Positions 30,201-41,104 of a DNA stretch of 64,000 nucleotides are shown here, in pieces. The translations under genes and the position numbers were made by a program. Positions within the stretch are counted from its first letter, which is position 1, and each line of letters starts with the position of its first letter. The DNA lies in the NCBI GenBank assembly GCA_016179045.1, contig JACOSL010000039.1, positions 45,439 to 109,438 on the forward strand, in the 5' to 3' direction. The notes under the pieces are model-generated. The model had not been told where the DNA came from and made no database searches. It saw only the letters and a list, made by a program, of their open reading frames with translations. Origin of the DNA: Fimbriimonas ginsengisoli (lineage in GTDB: Bacteria; Armatimonadota; Fimbriimonadia; Fimbriimonadales; Fimbriimonadaceae).

Positions 30201-30369
30201 TTGCCCGGCCAGAGCGATCACGTTCGGCAACATCGCCGACAAGCAGAGCGCGGTGGCCAAGCTAAAGCGCGAGCCGCGCGCCTACCGGCTGCTCGAAGAG
30301 CTCAACACCCGCCCGCGCACCTCCTACCTCTCTAGGGTTAGAAATCCGAATCCGGAGGTGCCCGCATGA
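27211..30369 (+). CDS. actB: alternative complex III subunit ActB (molybdopterin-like plus 4Fe-4S domains, Tat signal)
   Basis: ATG at 27211 overlaps the actA stop (ATGA). Twin-arginine signal IDRRTILKFMGASMALAGLAGC. The C-terminal ferredoxin clusters are CIGCNACVTAC, CGHCEIAPCEPVCP, CVGTRYCSNNCP and CTYC...CQQACP. Confidence 0.9.
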   Translation: MNEERPASIDLAKAREALAGKRGQEYWRSLEQLAETPEFRAWVDDEFPGRATLAQIDRRTILKFMGASMALAGLAGCRGMFLDEPRVVPYVKAPEELVPGKPLFYASTFSLGGYGVGVLVESHEGRPTKIEGNPDHPASLGACNPWMQASILGLYDPDRSQNVTSQGDISTWNAFFAIAREALEKQKAKGGAGIRLLTETVTSPTLARQIGEFLAAYPKAHWHQYEPGARDSAYEGTMMAFGQPVETVYDLSKANRIVSLDADFLTSMPGSLVYSRQFADGRRLTEGRTSMSRLYMFESGVSVTGANADHRWPVKPSEIGAIAAELLAALSGKPATGPYKAQIEPIARDLKAQNGATVVIPGDDQPAALHATCHSINEVLGSKARQIVEPVAAKPVNHTRSLSELCDAMKTGSVDALFILGGNPAYDAPADFGIADALAKVKLKVRHGLYEDETSALCDWHVPATHYLEHWSDARAFDGTASIVQPLTAPLFDGRSDHQLLAGLMGKPDDGHDLVQETWKQRGIPNSPFPNDFEKSWREVLHAGFVPGTAAKLPTESWAGQALVKMKKEGILLGIPDAPQRSGGPALEVAFRLDPALHDGRFNNLGWLQELPRPITQNLWDNAALMGIGAAEKLGVEAGDMVEITVGGRTIKVAAMPQPGHPEGSITIHLGWGRTKAGTVGNGTGFDAYPLRTSARMGHAGGAQIKKIDGFHKVQTTQMHHQMESYGDKLDIIRTGALADYAKHPSSFAPTIHESPGPVDEALEKSHHPGNDQNRQEQPAITMYEEEVFKTNLPQWGMTIDLNSCIGCNACVTACQAENNVPVVGKTQVGRGREMHWLRIDRYYGPRGGQGSLENPDMLFQPMMCGHCEIAPCEPVCPVGATLHSHEGLNQMVYNRCVGTRYCSNNCPYKVRRFNFFNFTDNQDQFSTQTPPDVREPKHNGIQLLKMLNNPNVTVRGRGVMEKCTYCVQRINDARIEAKKGGRPIADGDIVTACQQACPARAITFGNIADKQSAVAKLKREPRAYRLLEELNTRPRTSYLSRVRNPNPEVPA

Positions 30370-31778
30370 TGGCGGACAAAGAAGGCCTCGGCGGACACGA
30401 CCCCCTGATCGGCGGGCAGCAAACCTTCCAGTCGCTGGACAACACGATCGCGAGCGTCGTGCAGGATCAGAAGCGGCACAGCAACAAGCCGTGGATGGCC
30501 ACCACCTTCATCGCCTTCATTTTTGTCAACATCCTGATGGTCTCGGTCGGATGGCTGGTGTACCAAGGCATCGGCATTTGGGGAAACAACGTGCCGGCGG
30601 GATGGGCGTTCGACATCATCAACTTCGTTTGGTGGATCGGCATCGGCCACGCGGGCACCCTGATCTCGGCGATCCTGCTCTTGCTTCGCCAGCAGTGGCG
30701 CAACTCGATCAACCGCTTCTCGGAGGCGATGACGATATTCGCGGTGATGTGCGCGGCGATGTTTCCGCTCTTCCACACGGGCAGGCCGTGGGTGGCGTTT
30801 TATTGGCTGTTGCCCTACCCGAACATCATGGGGGTTTGGCCCCAGTTCCGCTCGCCTCTGATCTGGGACGTGTTCGCGGTCAGCACCTACTTTACGGTTT
30901 CGCTCGTGTTCTGGCTGGTGGGCCTGGTGCCCGATTTCGGCACGCTTCGCGACAGGGCCGAGAAGGTCGCGATGAAGCGGTTCTGGGCGATCCTCGCGAT
31001 GGGGTGGCGAGGCTCGCAGAAGCATTGGCACCGCTACGAGCAGGCGTACCTCATCCTGGCCGGCATCTCAACCCCGCTCGTGCTGTCCGTGCACTCGATC
31101 GTGTCCCTCGACTTTGCGGTTTCGATCGTGCCCGGCTGGAACACGGCCGTGTTTCCACCCTACTTCGTCGCGGGCGCGGTGTTCGCGGGCTTTGCGATGG
31201 TGCTTCTGCTCGCGATTCCGATCAGGGCGATTTACGGGCTCAAGGACCTGATCACGATGCGCCACATCGACTGGTGCGCGAAGATCATGCTCACGACCGG
31301 CCTGATCGTGTTCTTCGGCTACATGCTGGAGGTGTATTACGGCTGGTACAGCGGCGAGATCCCGGAGACGAGGGTGATGCTGTGGCGGTTCTTCGGCCCC
31401 TACAAGTATCTGTACTGGCTGCTCATCCTGTGCAACGGCGTGATCCCGCAGCTAATGTGGTCGCCGAAGGCGCGGCGGCACATCCCGACCGTGTGGTTCG
31501 TGTGCCTCGTGGTGAGCCTCGGTATGTGGCTGGAGCGGTTCGTGATCATCCCGATGAGCCTCACGATCAACTACCTGCCCGCAAGCGACCGGATGTACTA
31601 CCCGACCCTTTGGGATTTCGGCATGTTCACGGGCACGATCGGCTTCTTCGTCTTCATGATGTTCCTCTTCGTTAGGTTCCTTCCCACGATCAACATGTTC
31701 GAGATGAAGGACCTGCTCCACACCCTTTCTCACGGCAAGGCGCGCAAGGTCGCGGTAGGCGCGAAGGGAGGCCGATAG
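30366..31778 (+). CDS. actC: alternative complex III subunit ActC (NrfD/PsrC-like quinol-interacting membrane subunit)
   Basis: Polytopic NrfD-family profile, a 4-nt overlap with actB and the canonical position in the cluster. Confidence 0.85.
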   Translation: MMADKEGLGGHDPLIGGQQTFQSLDNTIASVVQDQKRHSNKPWMATTFIAFIFVNILMVSVGWLVYQGIGIWGNNVPAGWAFDIINFVWWIGIGHAGTLISAILLLLRQQWRNSINRFSEAMTIFAVMCAAMFPLFHTGRPWVAFYWLLPYPNIMGVWPQFRSPLIWDVFAVSTYFTVSLVFWLVGLVPDFGTLRDRAEKVAMKRFWAILAMGWRGSQKHWHRYEQAYLILAGISTPLVLSVHSIVSLDFAVSIVPGWNTAVFPPYFVAGAVFAGFAMVLLLAIPIRAIYGLKDLITMRHIDWCAKIMLTTGLIVFFGYMLEVYYGWYSGEIPETRVMLWRFFGPYKYLYWLLILCNGVIPQLMWSPKARRHIPTVWFVCLVVSLGMWLERFVIIPMSLTINYLPASDRMYYPTLWDFGMFTGTIGFFVFMMFLFVRFLPTINMFEMKDLLHTLSHGKARKVAVGAKGGR

Positions 31779-31782
31779 CGCG

Positions 31783-32331
31783 ATGAGGCGGCATGGCACC
31801 AAGCTGCACGGCATCGTGGCCGAGTTCGATTCGCCCGAGGCGATCATCGCGGCCGCCAACGCGGCGCGCGCGGCGGGCTACAAGCGGATGGATTCGTACA
31901 CCCCGTTTCCGGTCCACGGCCTTTCCGAAGCGATGGGCTTCCGCTCGTTCGTCGTGCCGTTCACGTTCTTCTTCGGCGCCGTGCTGGGGGGTTTGGCCGG
32001 GCTCGCGCTCGAGTGGTATGTGAGCGTGGCCGACTACCCGATCAACGTGGGTGGCAAGCCGCTGTTCTCGCTCGGCTCGTTCGTGCCCCCTGCTTACGAG
32101 TGCGTGATCTTGTTCAGCGCGCTGATCGGCACGATCGGGATGTTCGCGTTCAACGGCCTGCCCAAGCCTTATCATCCAATCTTCGGCGCCCCCGGCTTCG
32201 AGCGGGCCTCACAGGATCGGTTCTTCCTCTGCCTGGAGGCGGACGATGAGATGGTGGAGGAAGACGCGACGAGCAAGTTCCTACAAGGGCTGCGGCCGCT
32301 CTCCATTTCGGTGGTGGAGGACGAGGAATGA
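31783..32331 (+). CDS. actD: alternative complex III subunit ActD (DUF3341)
   Basis: LHGIVAEFDSPEAIIAAANAARAAGYKRMDSYTPFPVHGL is the DUF3341 signature, followed by two TM helices. Confidence 0.85.
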   Translation: MRRHGTKLHGIVAEFDSPEAIIAAANAARAAGYKRMDSYTPFPVHGLSEAMGFRSFVVPFTFFFGAVLGGLAGLALEWYVSVADYPINVGGKPLFSLGSFVPPAYECVILFSALIGTIGMFAFNGLPKPYHPIFGAPGFERASQDRFFLCLEADDEMVEEDATSKFLQGLRPLSISVVEDEE

Positions 32332-32930
32332 AGCGCCTCCTGATCCTCGCCCCGGTCGCTGTTATCCTCGGGGGCTGCCACACCGACATGTGGCAGCAGC
32401 CCAGACTGTCGCCGCTCGACGAATCGGGCTGGCACGGCTATGAGGGGCAGGCCTCGCGCCCGCTTCCGAAGGGCACGGTGGCGCGCGGGCACCTGCAGAC
32501 CGACGACGCGTTCTTCACCGGCCGCGTGAACGGCAAGTACGTCGAAGAGTTCCCGATCCAAATCACCAAGGACGTGCTGCTGCGCGGGCAAGAGAGGTTC
32601 AACATCTACTGCACGCCGTGCCATGGACGCCTTGGCGATGGCAACGGCATGATCACAAAGCGCGGCCTCGCGCTGCGCCGCAAGCCCGCCAGCTACCACA
32701 CCGACCGTCTCCGCAAGATGCCGGTCGGGCACTTCTACGACGTGATCACGAACGGGTACGGGGCGATGTTCTCGTACGCCGCCCGGGTCGAGCCTCAGGA
32801 TCGATGGGCGATCGCCGCGTACATCCGCGCGCTGCAACTTAGTCAAAACGCGAATGCGGCCGACGTCGATTCGAGGGACTTGGCCAAGCTGCAGAGCGCG
32901 CCGAAGGCTGAAAAGGAGGTGGCGCGATGA
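32328..32930 (+). CDS. actE: alternative complex III subunit ActE (monoheme cytochrome c, lipoprotein-like)
   Basis: Signal/lipobox-like LGGC, a single CTPCH heme site and a distal Met region (GYGAMFSY). Confidence 0.85.
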   Translation: MKRLLILAPVAVILGGCHTDMWQQPRLSPLDESGWHGYEGQASRPLPKGTVARGHLQTDDAFFTGRVNGKYVEEFPIQITKDVLLRGQERFNIYCTPCHGRLGDGNGMITKRGLALRRKPASYHTDRLRKMPVGHFYDVITNGYGAMFSYAARVEPQDRWAIAAYIRALQLSQNANAADVDSRDLAKLQSAPKAEKEVAR

Positions 32931-34123
32931 GCGAAGTTCACGCCGCCCAAGCGCCCGAGGCCAACGTCGCCAAGCTCGGCCCCGCCGGCCTCCTGATCGG
33001 CGTTCCGCTGCTGGGCGTGTCCATCGGGCTGATGTATCTCGCCCCCGACCAGCGAGTGGAGATGGCGCAGTCTTACCTCTTCGGCTGGGTGTTTTGGGCG
33101 GCGCTCACGCTCGGTTGTTTCGGCCTAACGTTGCTCCATCACACCGTGCGCGGCTCGTGGGGGCTTTCGATCTTGAGGATGCTCGAGGCGGGGGGAGGGC
33201 CGAGAGCACTTAGCCTGATGGCCCTGCTCTTTCTGCCGGTCGTGGGAATGTATGGCGTGCTTTATCCGTGGGCGGACAAGGCAAGAGTCGCCGCCGATAC
33301 GATTCTGCAGCACAAGTCAGGCTGGATCAATCCGCAGATGGTTACGGGCCGAACCTTCGTGCTGTTTGCGATCTGGGCGTTGGCGGCGGCATGGCTTCGG
33401 CGATCCAGCGCGCGGCAGGACGAGAGCGGGGACGAAACTGAAGCACAGAAGCGCACCAACTTCGCCGCGCCCGGGATCGTGTTCTTCGTGATCACCGTCA
33501 CGCTCGCCGTGACCGACTGGGTCATGTCGCTCGACGCCCACTGGTATTCCACCATGTTCGGGCCGCTGTTCGTGGTGGGGCCCGCGCTCGGCGCGCTTGC
33601 TCTCTGCACCCTCATCGTTTGCGTCAACGCGGACAAGAGCCCGTTCAACCAGATCATGTCTCTCAGCCTCACCAAGGACTTGGGCAACATGCTCTTTACG
33701 TTAAACCTGTTCTGGGCGTACTTCAACTTTTCGCAATTCATCATCTATTGGAACGGCAATCTGCCGACCCCGGCCGGCTACTACTTCCACCGGTCGGCGG
33801 ACGGCTGGAACTTCATTGGCGGATTTCTGATCGTGTTCCAGTTCCTCGTGCCCTTTTTCGCCCTGATGACCCCGCGCATCAAGGCCTCGCCACGCGCGCT
33901 GGCCTGGGTGTGCGGCTGGCTCATTCTCATGCGGTTCCTGGACGTGTACTACATCGTGACGCCCATGTACCGCACGACAGGCCCGATGGTGCACTGGCAG
34001 GACATCGTCGCCCTGCTCGGCGTCGGCGGAATCTGGTTGGCCGCGTTCGGCAGCCAGGTGAAGGGCGCGTCGGTGTATCCGGTGCACGACATGAGGCTGA
34101 TGGAGGCGGTCGAGCATGCATAA
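32927..34123 (+). CDS. actF: alternative complex III subunit ActF (NrfD-like membrane subunit)
   Basis: A second polytopic NrfD-like protein with a 4-nt overlap with actE, in the canonical position after actE. Confidence 0.8.
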   Translation: MSEVHAAQAPEANVAKLGPAGLLIGVPLLGVSIGLMYLAPDQRVEMAQSYLFGWVFWAALTLGCFGLTLLHHTVRGSWGLSILRMLEAGGGPRALSLMALLFLPVVGMYGVLYPWADKARVAADTILQHKSGWINPQMVTGRTFVLFAIWALAAAWLRRSSARQDESGDETEAQKRTNFAAPGIVFFVITVTLAVTDWVMSLDAHWYSTMFGPLFVVGPALGALALCTLIVCVNADKSPFNQIMSLSLTKDLGNMLFTLNLFWAYFNFSQFIIYWNGNLPTPAGYYFHRSADGWNFIGGFLIVFQFLVPFFALMTPRIKASPRALAWVCGWLILMRFLDVYYIVTPMYRTTGPMVHWQDIVALLGVGGIWLAAFGSQVKGASVYPVHDMRLMEAVEHA

Positions 34124-34538
34124 GCGCAAGCGCGACATCCCCGATCCCCTCATCAAGATGGGATACGAGGAAGAGCATCTCCACTTCAAGAGCATTTGGC
34201 GCTCGGTGATGCTGTTCTTCACGTTCGTAACCCTCACTTACGTGGCTGCGCTCGGCATTTTCTGGTGGTACAACCGCGAGGCGCTGGCGCAGAAGGAGGT
34301 CAAGGAGCCGTTCACCCGCCACGCCCCCGCGCCGCCCAACCCGCTCTTGCAGACCAACATCACCGCCAAGACCGATATCCAGGCGCTGAGACAGGGCGAG
34401 ACGGAGCAACTCAACACCGCCGCGATCTTGGATAAGAGCAAGGGCATTTACCGCATCCCGGTCGCCCGCGCCATCGATCTCGTGACGCCCCGGTTGCCAG
34501 TGGCTAAAGACGCCAAGCCCTATGGGGGCGCTCGATGA
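34116..34538 (+). CDS. small single-TM protein in the ActG position of the ACIII cluster
   Basis: Overlaps actF by 8 nt and the SCO gene by 4 nt. One TM helix (VMLFFTFVTLTYVAALGIFWW). Assigned by position only. Confidence 0.5.
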   Translation: MHKRKRDIPDPLIKMGYEEEHLHFKSIWRSVMLFFTFVTLTYVAALGIFWWYNREALAQKEVKEPFTRHAPAPPNPLLQTNITAKTDIQALRQGETEQLNTAAILDKSKGIYRIPVARAIDLVTPRLPVAKDAKPYGGAR

Positions 34539-35365
34539 AGGGCTGCCTTCTCGCGTTGATCGGAATTGGCGCTGGGTCGCTCGCCGCCGCTCAGCAGGTT
34601 CCGAATTTTTCGAATCCGCCCGGGCCCAACCTGAGCCGGATGGGCATCGACCAGAAGCTTGGCGCCCAGGTTCCGATGGATACGCAGTTCACCGACGAGA
34701 CCGGCAAGACGGTGCGTTTTGGCGATCTGTTCGCCGGTCGGCCGGTGTTGCTCGTGCCGATGTTCTACCAATGCCACGGCATCTGCGAAGTAACGGTCGA
34801 GGCGTTGCTCAAGACCACGGCCAAGCTGAAGAAGACCTCGGCGGTGGGAGAGAAGTTCGACGTGATCCTGCTCAGCATCCACCCGAAGGAGACTCCCGAG
34901 CAGGCGATGGCCAAGAAGAGGGAGATCCTCGAGGTCTACGAGCGGCCTCAGTCGGCGCCAAGCTGGCACTGCCTGACCGGCTCGCTCGAATCGATCCACC
35001 AGGTGACCGACGCGGTGGGCTTCCGGTACGACTACAAGCCGGAAACCGACCAGATCAACCACCCGGCGGGGGCGATCATCCTTACTCCGCGCGGCATGGT
35101 CTCCAGCTACATCTTTGGCGTCGATTACCCCACCATCGTGCTCGAAGACGGCTTCGCTCTTGCATCGCGCGAGGCGGTGGGCAAGAAGGCGGAGCCGATC
35201 CTGCTCGGGTGCATCATGCTCGACCCCTTGACCGGCAAGCGCACCCTGGTCATCGAAAACGTGCTGAAGCTCGCCGGAATGCTTACGGTCCTGATCCTGG
35301 GCCTTGCGATTCTCAAGATGTCGCTCGCCCACCGGACGCCGAAACTGCCAGGAGGTGTGGCCTAG
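34535..35365 (+). CDS. SCO1/SenC family copper chaperone (thioredoxin fold)
   Basis: Signal peptide, VLLVPMFYQCHGICE (CxxxC copper site), a downstream His (INHPAG) and a C-terminal TM helix. It sits between the ACIII and oxidase genes. Confidence 0.8.
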   Translation: MKGCLLALIGIGAGSLAAAQQVPNFSNPPGPNLSRMGIDQKLGAQVPMDTQFTDETGKTVRFGDLFAGRPVLLVPMFYQCHGICEVTVEALLKTTAKLKKTSAVGEKFDVILLSIHPKETPEQAMAKKREILEVYERPQSAPSWHCLTGSLESIHQVTDAVGFRYDYKPETDQINHPAGAIILTPRGMVSSYIFGVDYPTIVLEDGFALASREAVGKKAEPILLGCIMLDPLTGKRTLVIENVLKLAGMLTVLILGLAILKMSLAHRTPKLPGGVA

Positions 35366-35378
35366 GGCCCGCCGTCCC

Positions 35379-36523
35379 ATGCTGCACCTTCCGAACCTTC
35401 TGGGCCAGATGAACTTTCCGGTCGCGCCGGAGCAAGCCTCCAATTTCGCAGGCGAACACGATCTGATCTTTTACACGCTCGTAATCCTGACCATCGTGTT
35501 CACCGCCCTCGTCGGGCTCGCGATGGTGGCGCTCGCCGTCCGCTTCCGGCAAGGCTCGAAGGTCGATCGATCCAACCCCAAGCACGAGCATCTTGGGCTC
35601 GAGATCGGCTGGTCGCTGCCTCCCCTGCTTCTCGGGTTGGCGGTGTTCTTCCTGGGTGCGAGGCTGTTCATCAAGGAGCGCATCCCGCCGAAGGACGCAA
35701 TGGAAGTGTTCGTGATCGGCAAGCAGTGGATGTGGCACATGCAGCACGCCAACGGCATCCGCGAGAACAACACCCTGCACCTTCCGGTCGGGATACCGGT
35801 GAAGGTCACCCTGATTTCCCAGGATGTGCTCCACGCGTTCTACATCCCCGAGTTCCGGGTGCAGTACCACGTGGTGCCCGGCCGCTACGGCCACGTGTGG
35901 TTCACCCCGACCAAGGTCGGTCGCTACCACCTGTTCTGCGCGATGTACTGCGGCACCCAGCACTCCGAGATGGGCGGAACGGTGATCGTGCAAGAGCCGG
36001 CCGAATTCGCACGCTGGGTTCAGAACGGGGGCGACGAATTGGCGCCGATGACCGCCCCGCAGATGGGCGAGCAGGTCTGGAACCGCTATGGTTGCGGCAA
36101 CTGCCACGTGCAAAGCGACACCGAGCGCGCGCCGACTCTAGTCGGCATCGCCGGCACCGCCCGCAAGTTCACTGACGGCACGTCGGCGGTCGCCGACATG
36201 GCCTATCTGCGAGAATCGATCCTGCGCCCGTGGGACCGCCTCACCGTCGGCTACCGGGATACGATGCCCGCATACCAGGGCCAGATTTCCGAAGAGGACG
36301 TGGTGAACCTCGTCGCCTACATGAGGACGATGAGCCCGGAGAAGGGCGCGCTGGTGGCAGCCCCCCAAGGAGGCGGGCGACCCGAGGGCGCGAAGCCGGT
36401 CAAGGAGCGGGTCGCGGCGGTAGGCGCTCTCGCCTCGGAGAAGTACATGGATAACGCGCCGCCCCGCAAGCGGAACCTAGCAGTTGGCGCAATATCCGCC
36501 CAAGACGGCCAAGGATATCGAAA

Positions 36524-36527
<4 letters not shown>
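35379..36527 (+). CDS. ctaC: cytochrome c oxidase subunit II with fused C-terminal cytochrome c (caa3 type)
   Basis: Two TM helices, the CuA site HAFYIPEF...[13 protein letters not shown] and a C-terminal CGNCH heme c domain. The start is either the ATG at 35379 or the one at 35409. The track start at 35304 overlaps the SCO gene. Confidence 0.88.
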
Positions 36528-38227
<1,700 letters not shown>

Positions 38228-38911
38228 ATGGCGGCGATCGCTCAAGAAACACCCCAGGAGCACCATGGCCCGGTCCACCACCAGTTCGAGAACATCGTGC
38301 AGCAAAACGAGGCGTACGCCATCGGCATGTGGACGTTCCTCGTCACCGAGATCATGTTCTTTGGGGCGCTGTTCCTGAGCTACGGGCTCTATCGGTGGCG
38401 TTACCCGGTCGACTTTTCGCGCGTGCATGAGGAGCTGAACATCAACCTCGGCGCTTTCAACACGACCGTGCTGCTGGTCTCATCGTTCAGCATGGCGCTG
38501 GGCGTGCACTTCGCCCAGCTCAAGGACCGGGCGAAGGTGTTGAAGGCGCTTTCGGTCACGATCGCATGCGCGTTCACGTTCTTGGTGGTCAAGTACTTCG
38601 AATACGGCGCGAAGCTGGAGCACCACCTGTTTCCGGGGGCGAACTTCCGGCCCGAAGCCGAACACCTGCACGGGGGCAATCCGAACGTCGCCCAGATGTT
38701 CTACAGCCTGTATTTCGCAATGACGGGCCTGCACGGCATCCATGTGCTCGTCGGCATCCTTGTGATCGGCTTCCTGATGCTGCTCTGGGTCAAGAAGAAC
38801 CCGCTCGTGACCGAGGACTTCATGCCGACCGAGATGATCGGGCTGTATTGGCACTTCGTCGACCTTGTTTGGATTTTCTTGTTCCCGCTTTACTATCTGA
38901 TTCCCAAGTAG
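38228..38911 (+). CDS. ctaE: cytochrome c oxidase subunit III
   Basis: FLVTEIMFFGALF, YFAMTGLHGIHVLVG and YWHFVDLVWIFLF blocks. Confidence 0.9.
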   Translation: MAAIAQETPQEHHGPVHHQFENIVQQNEAYAIGMWTFLVTEIMFFGALFLSYGLYRWRYPVDFSRVHEELNINLGAFNTTVLLVSSFSMALGVHFAQLKDRAKVLKALSVTIACAFTFLVVKYFEYGAKLEHHLFPGANFRPEAEHLHGGNPNVAQMFYSLYFAMTGLHGIHVLVGILVIGFLMLLWVKKNPLVTEDFMPTEMIGLYWHFVDLVWIFLFPLYYLIPK

Positions 38912-38915
38912 GCCT

Positions 38916-39341
38916 TTGATGACATCCCACGACACCCCCTCGAACGGCGCCCACATCCTGCCGATCAGCGTTTATGCGAAGACCCTGCTGGTCCTGCTCG
39001 TGCTGATGGCGATCACGGTTTGGGCGGGCCAGCAGACCTTGCCGGGCGGCACCGTGGTGAACAACATCGTGGCGATGTCGATCGCGGTGATCAAGGCCTC
39101 GCTCGTGGTGATGTTCTTCATGCACGTGAAGTTCAGTTCGAAGCTCACCCAGTTCTGGGCGGTGGTCGGGTTCTTGTGGCTCACGCTGCTTTTTATGATC
39201 CTCGTGGACTACTACTCGCGCGCTTGGGAGCCGGTGGATTCTTGGAACCAGGCCGATCCCGGCAGCTCTACGCCGCGCGGCCGAATGGAGCCGGGGGGCG
39301 CGCACCCCGACCCGAACGGGTTCAACGTCCGGCCTCGTTGA
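38916..39341 (+). CDS. ctaF: cytochrome c oxidase subunit IV family (CoxD/QoxD-like) protein with a C-terminal extension
   Basis: Three TM helices with VIKASLVVMFFMHVK, the conserved block of the bacterial subunit IV family. It is the last gene of the cluster. Confidence 0.75.
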   Translation: MMTSHDTPSNGAHILPISVYAKTLLVLLVLMAITVWAGQQTLPGGTVVNNIVAMSIAVIKASLVVMFFMHVKFSSKLTQFWAVVGFLWLTLLFMILVDYYSRAWEPVDSWNQADPGSSTPRGRMEPGGAHPDPNGFNVRPR

Positions 39342-39429
39342 ACGCTTTGGACGTGAACTATAAATCCCATCGCCGAAAGTGTAAGCTTCCGTACACATTT
39401 CTGTATACTTACACTAAACGAGCACGACT

Positions 39430-40821
39430 CTAGCGAACCGTGAGCACGTAAACGTATCGGTGGCCCATCCGGGTACGGCCAACTATCCCACGCTCGAGGA
39501 GGTTCTTCAGGTCATGCCACGCCGTCAAGCGCGAAATGCCGAATAACGATTGGTAGGAATCGACGGTTATCGTCCTCTTGTCAGAAGACATGAGTCTAAC
39601 CAACTCGCGTTGTCTCGCATTCAACTCCTCCACGAAGAACCGTTCGTGCAGGGCTCGCTTGACAAGGGACACGCGAAACCGGCCGTCGGATTCCTCAAAC
39701 AGGGGTTGCGGAAGTCCGAGCCTTACGCAGTCCTCAACCATGCGCAGAGTTCCGGTTCCGAACTGCTCCACGTAACCGGCCTGGAATAAAGCCTGAGCAA
39801 GCCTCGGATTGCGTGGCTTGGATTCGTGATCCTTGAAGAGGTCGGAGATTTGCAACGGGGGGAGTAAGGTGCCGGGATTCCAAATCTCGAGTCTCGAAGG
39901 ATGGATCCGAACCTGGATATGGCTCGTGCTACCGTAATCGCGATGGCAAACGGCGTTCGCTAGGGCCTCCCGAGCAGCGACCAAAGACAGACTTGCGCGC
40001 TCTTCCCGAACGGCCCTGCCTGCAGGGACGCGAATTTCGCTGGAGACATGCTGGCGAACGAAGTCGAGCGCTGCCTCGATCTGCTCGAATACTGTTCCGG
40101 AAATTACGCGGCGGTCGGCGAAGTGGACAGGGTCGTCGGACTCAAAGACCGCGCAATGCACCTCCGCCGAAGGCAAGACCTCGTTGGGGTTGTTCGTTAA
40201 GCAAAGGACGCCGGCGAACGTCAGCGTATCGCCATCCGAAAATCCAACGGTGTTAAGCCAAGACATAGATTCGCGCATGGCTGCCGCTCGCTCGGGCGAC
40301 CTGGCGCCCACACGCTGCCCATAGGAGAGCAGCTTTTCGCGGCTAATTTCGGATACGGGCTGGCCAGACGACACCGAATCCCAACTCCGCCCACGGGTAG
40401 TTGAGTAGAGTTGATACTCTTCCTCCATGGAGAGCCTTCGGTTTGACCGCCCCACCCGACGGAAGCTGACAGTGCCAAATCTCACGGGCTTCAAAGGGCT
40501 TTCCTGGACCGAGACGGTGACCACATACCGGCCCTCCCCGACTGGACGCCACGTGATCGAAAGGATTGGCACCGGGTCTAGGTGCTGATACAAGTCGTTG
40601 GTGAGGGACTCAATCGTGTCGTGGCCAATCGCTATGCCAGGCTCACGACCGGCGTTATCTATCCCAATCTTGACCTCGCCTCCTGACGTATTCGCAAGAG
40701 CCGAAAGGCTCTCTCCGATCGCATCACGCTCGGAAAGCGAGCGCTTCCATTCAAGGCGTTGCCACTCGCCCTCATCCGAGCTCCATTCAATTGGCAAGGC
40801 AGGTTCAATTTCTGGCATCAC
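39430..40821 (-). CDS. AlbA_2 (Schlafen-like) DNA-binding domain plus HATPase_c_4-like domain plus C-terminal wHTH regulator (COG2865-type)
   Basis: N-terminal EWKRSLSERDAIGESLSALANTSGGEVKIGID (AlbA_2), central REALANAVCHRDYGSTSHIQVRIHPSRLEIWNPG (GHKL-like) and a C-terminal winged-helix-like tail. By eye its GC is lower than that of the flanking respiratory genes. Confidence 0.75.
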   Translation of the reverse strand: MMPEIEPALPIEWSSDEGEWQRLEWKRSLSERDAIGESLSALANTSGGEVKIGIDNAGREPGIAIGHDTIESLTNDLYQHLDPVPILSITWRPVGEGRYVVTVSVQESPLKPVRFGTVSFRRVGRSNRRLSMEEEYQLYSTTRGRSWDSVSSGQPVSEISREKLLSYGQRVGARSPERAAAMRESMSWLNTVGFSDGDTLTFAGVLCLTNNPNEVLPSAEVHCAVFESDDPVHFADRRVISGTVFEQIEAALDFVRQHVSSEIRVPAGRAVREERASLSLVAAREALANAVCHRDYGSTSHIQVRIHPSRLEIWNPGTLLPPLQISDLFKDHESKPRNPRLAQALFQAGYVEQFGTGTLRMVEDCVRLGLPQPLFEESDGRFRVSLVKRALHERFFVEELNARQRELVRLMSSDKRTITVDSYQSLFGISRLTAWHDLKNLLERGIVGRTRMGHRYVYVLTVR

Positions 40822-40986
40822 GCTATGTCTGCAGTTCTAAGCGTCCTGCAGGGACCGAGTATGGCAGACAAGAACTTGATGCTTTGTCCCGTCAGCAAGC
40901 TTGCTTCGGTTACTTCATCTTTCCTCGTTGAGTCTGGCCCCGGTGAACCTGAACCCGCTCGTGCGGAGTCATAATGGGTGCGACGC

Positions 40987-41062
40987 GGCCTCGTAGCTCA
41001 GAGGATAGAGCGCCTCCGTCCTAAGGAGGGCGTCGGGGGTTCGAGTCCCTCCGAGGCCGCCA
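40987..41062 (+). tRNA. tRNA-Arg (anticodon CCT)
   Basis: Hand-folded cloverleaf: acceptor GGCCTCG/CGAGGCC, D arm GCTC-AGAGGATA-GAGC, anticodon arm CCTCC-GTCCTAA-GGAGG (anticodon CCT), variable loop GCGTC, T arm GGGGG-TTCGAGT-CCCTC, discriminator G and an encoded CCA. Confidence 0.9.
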
Positions 41063-41104
41063 GAATCTTCCCACGCCCAACGGAAGGCCCCATACTCCAT
41101 CACC

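Noticed and set aside
30491-31675. 394-aa + strand alternate-frame ORF
   Set aside because: It overlaps actC in a different frame and is Arg/Gly/His-rich, whereas the actC frame gives a clean polytopic NrfD-like protein.
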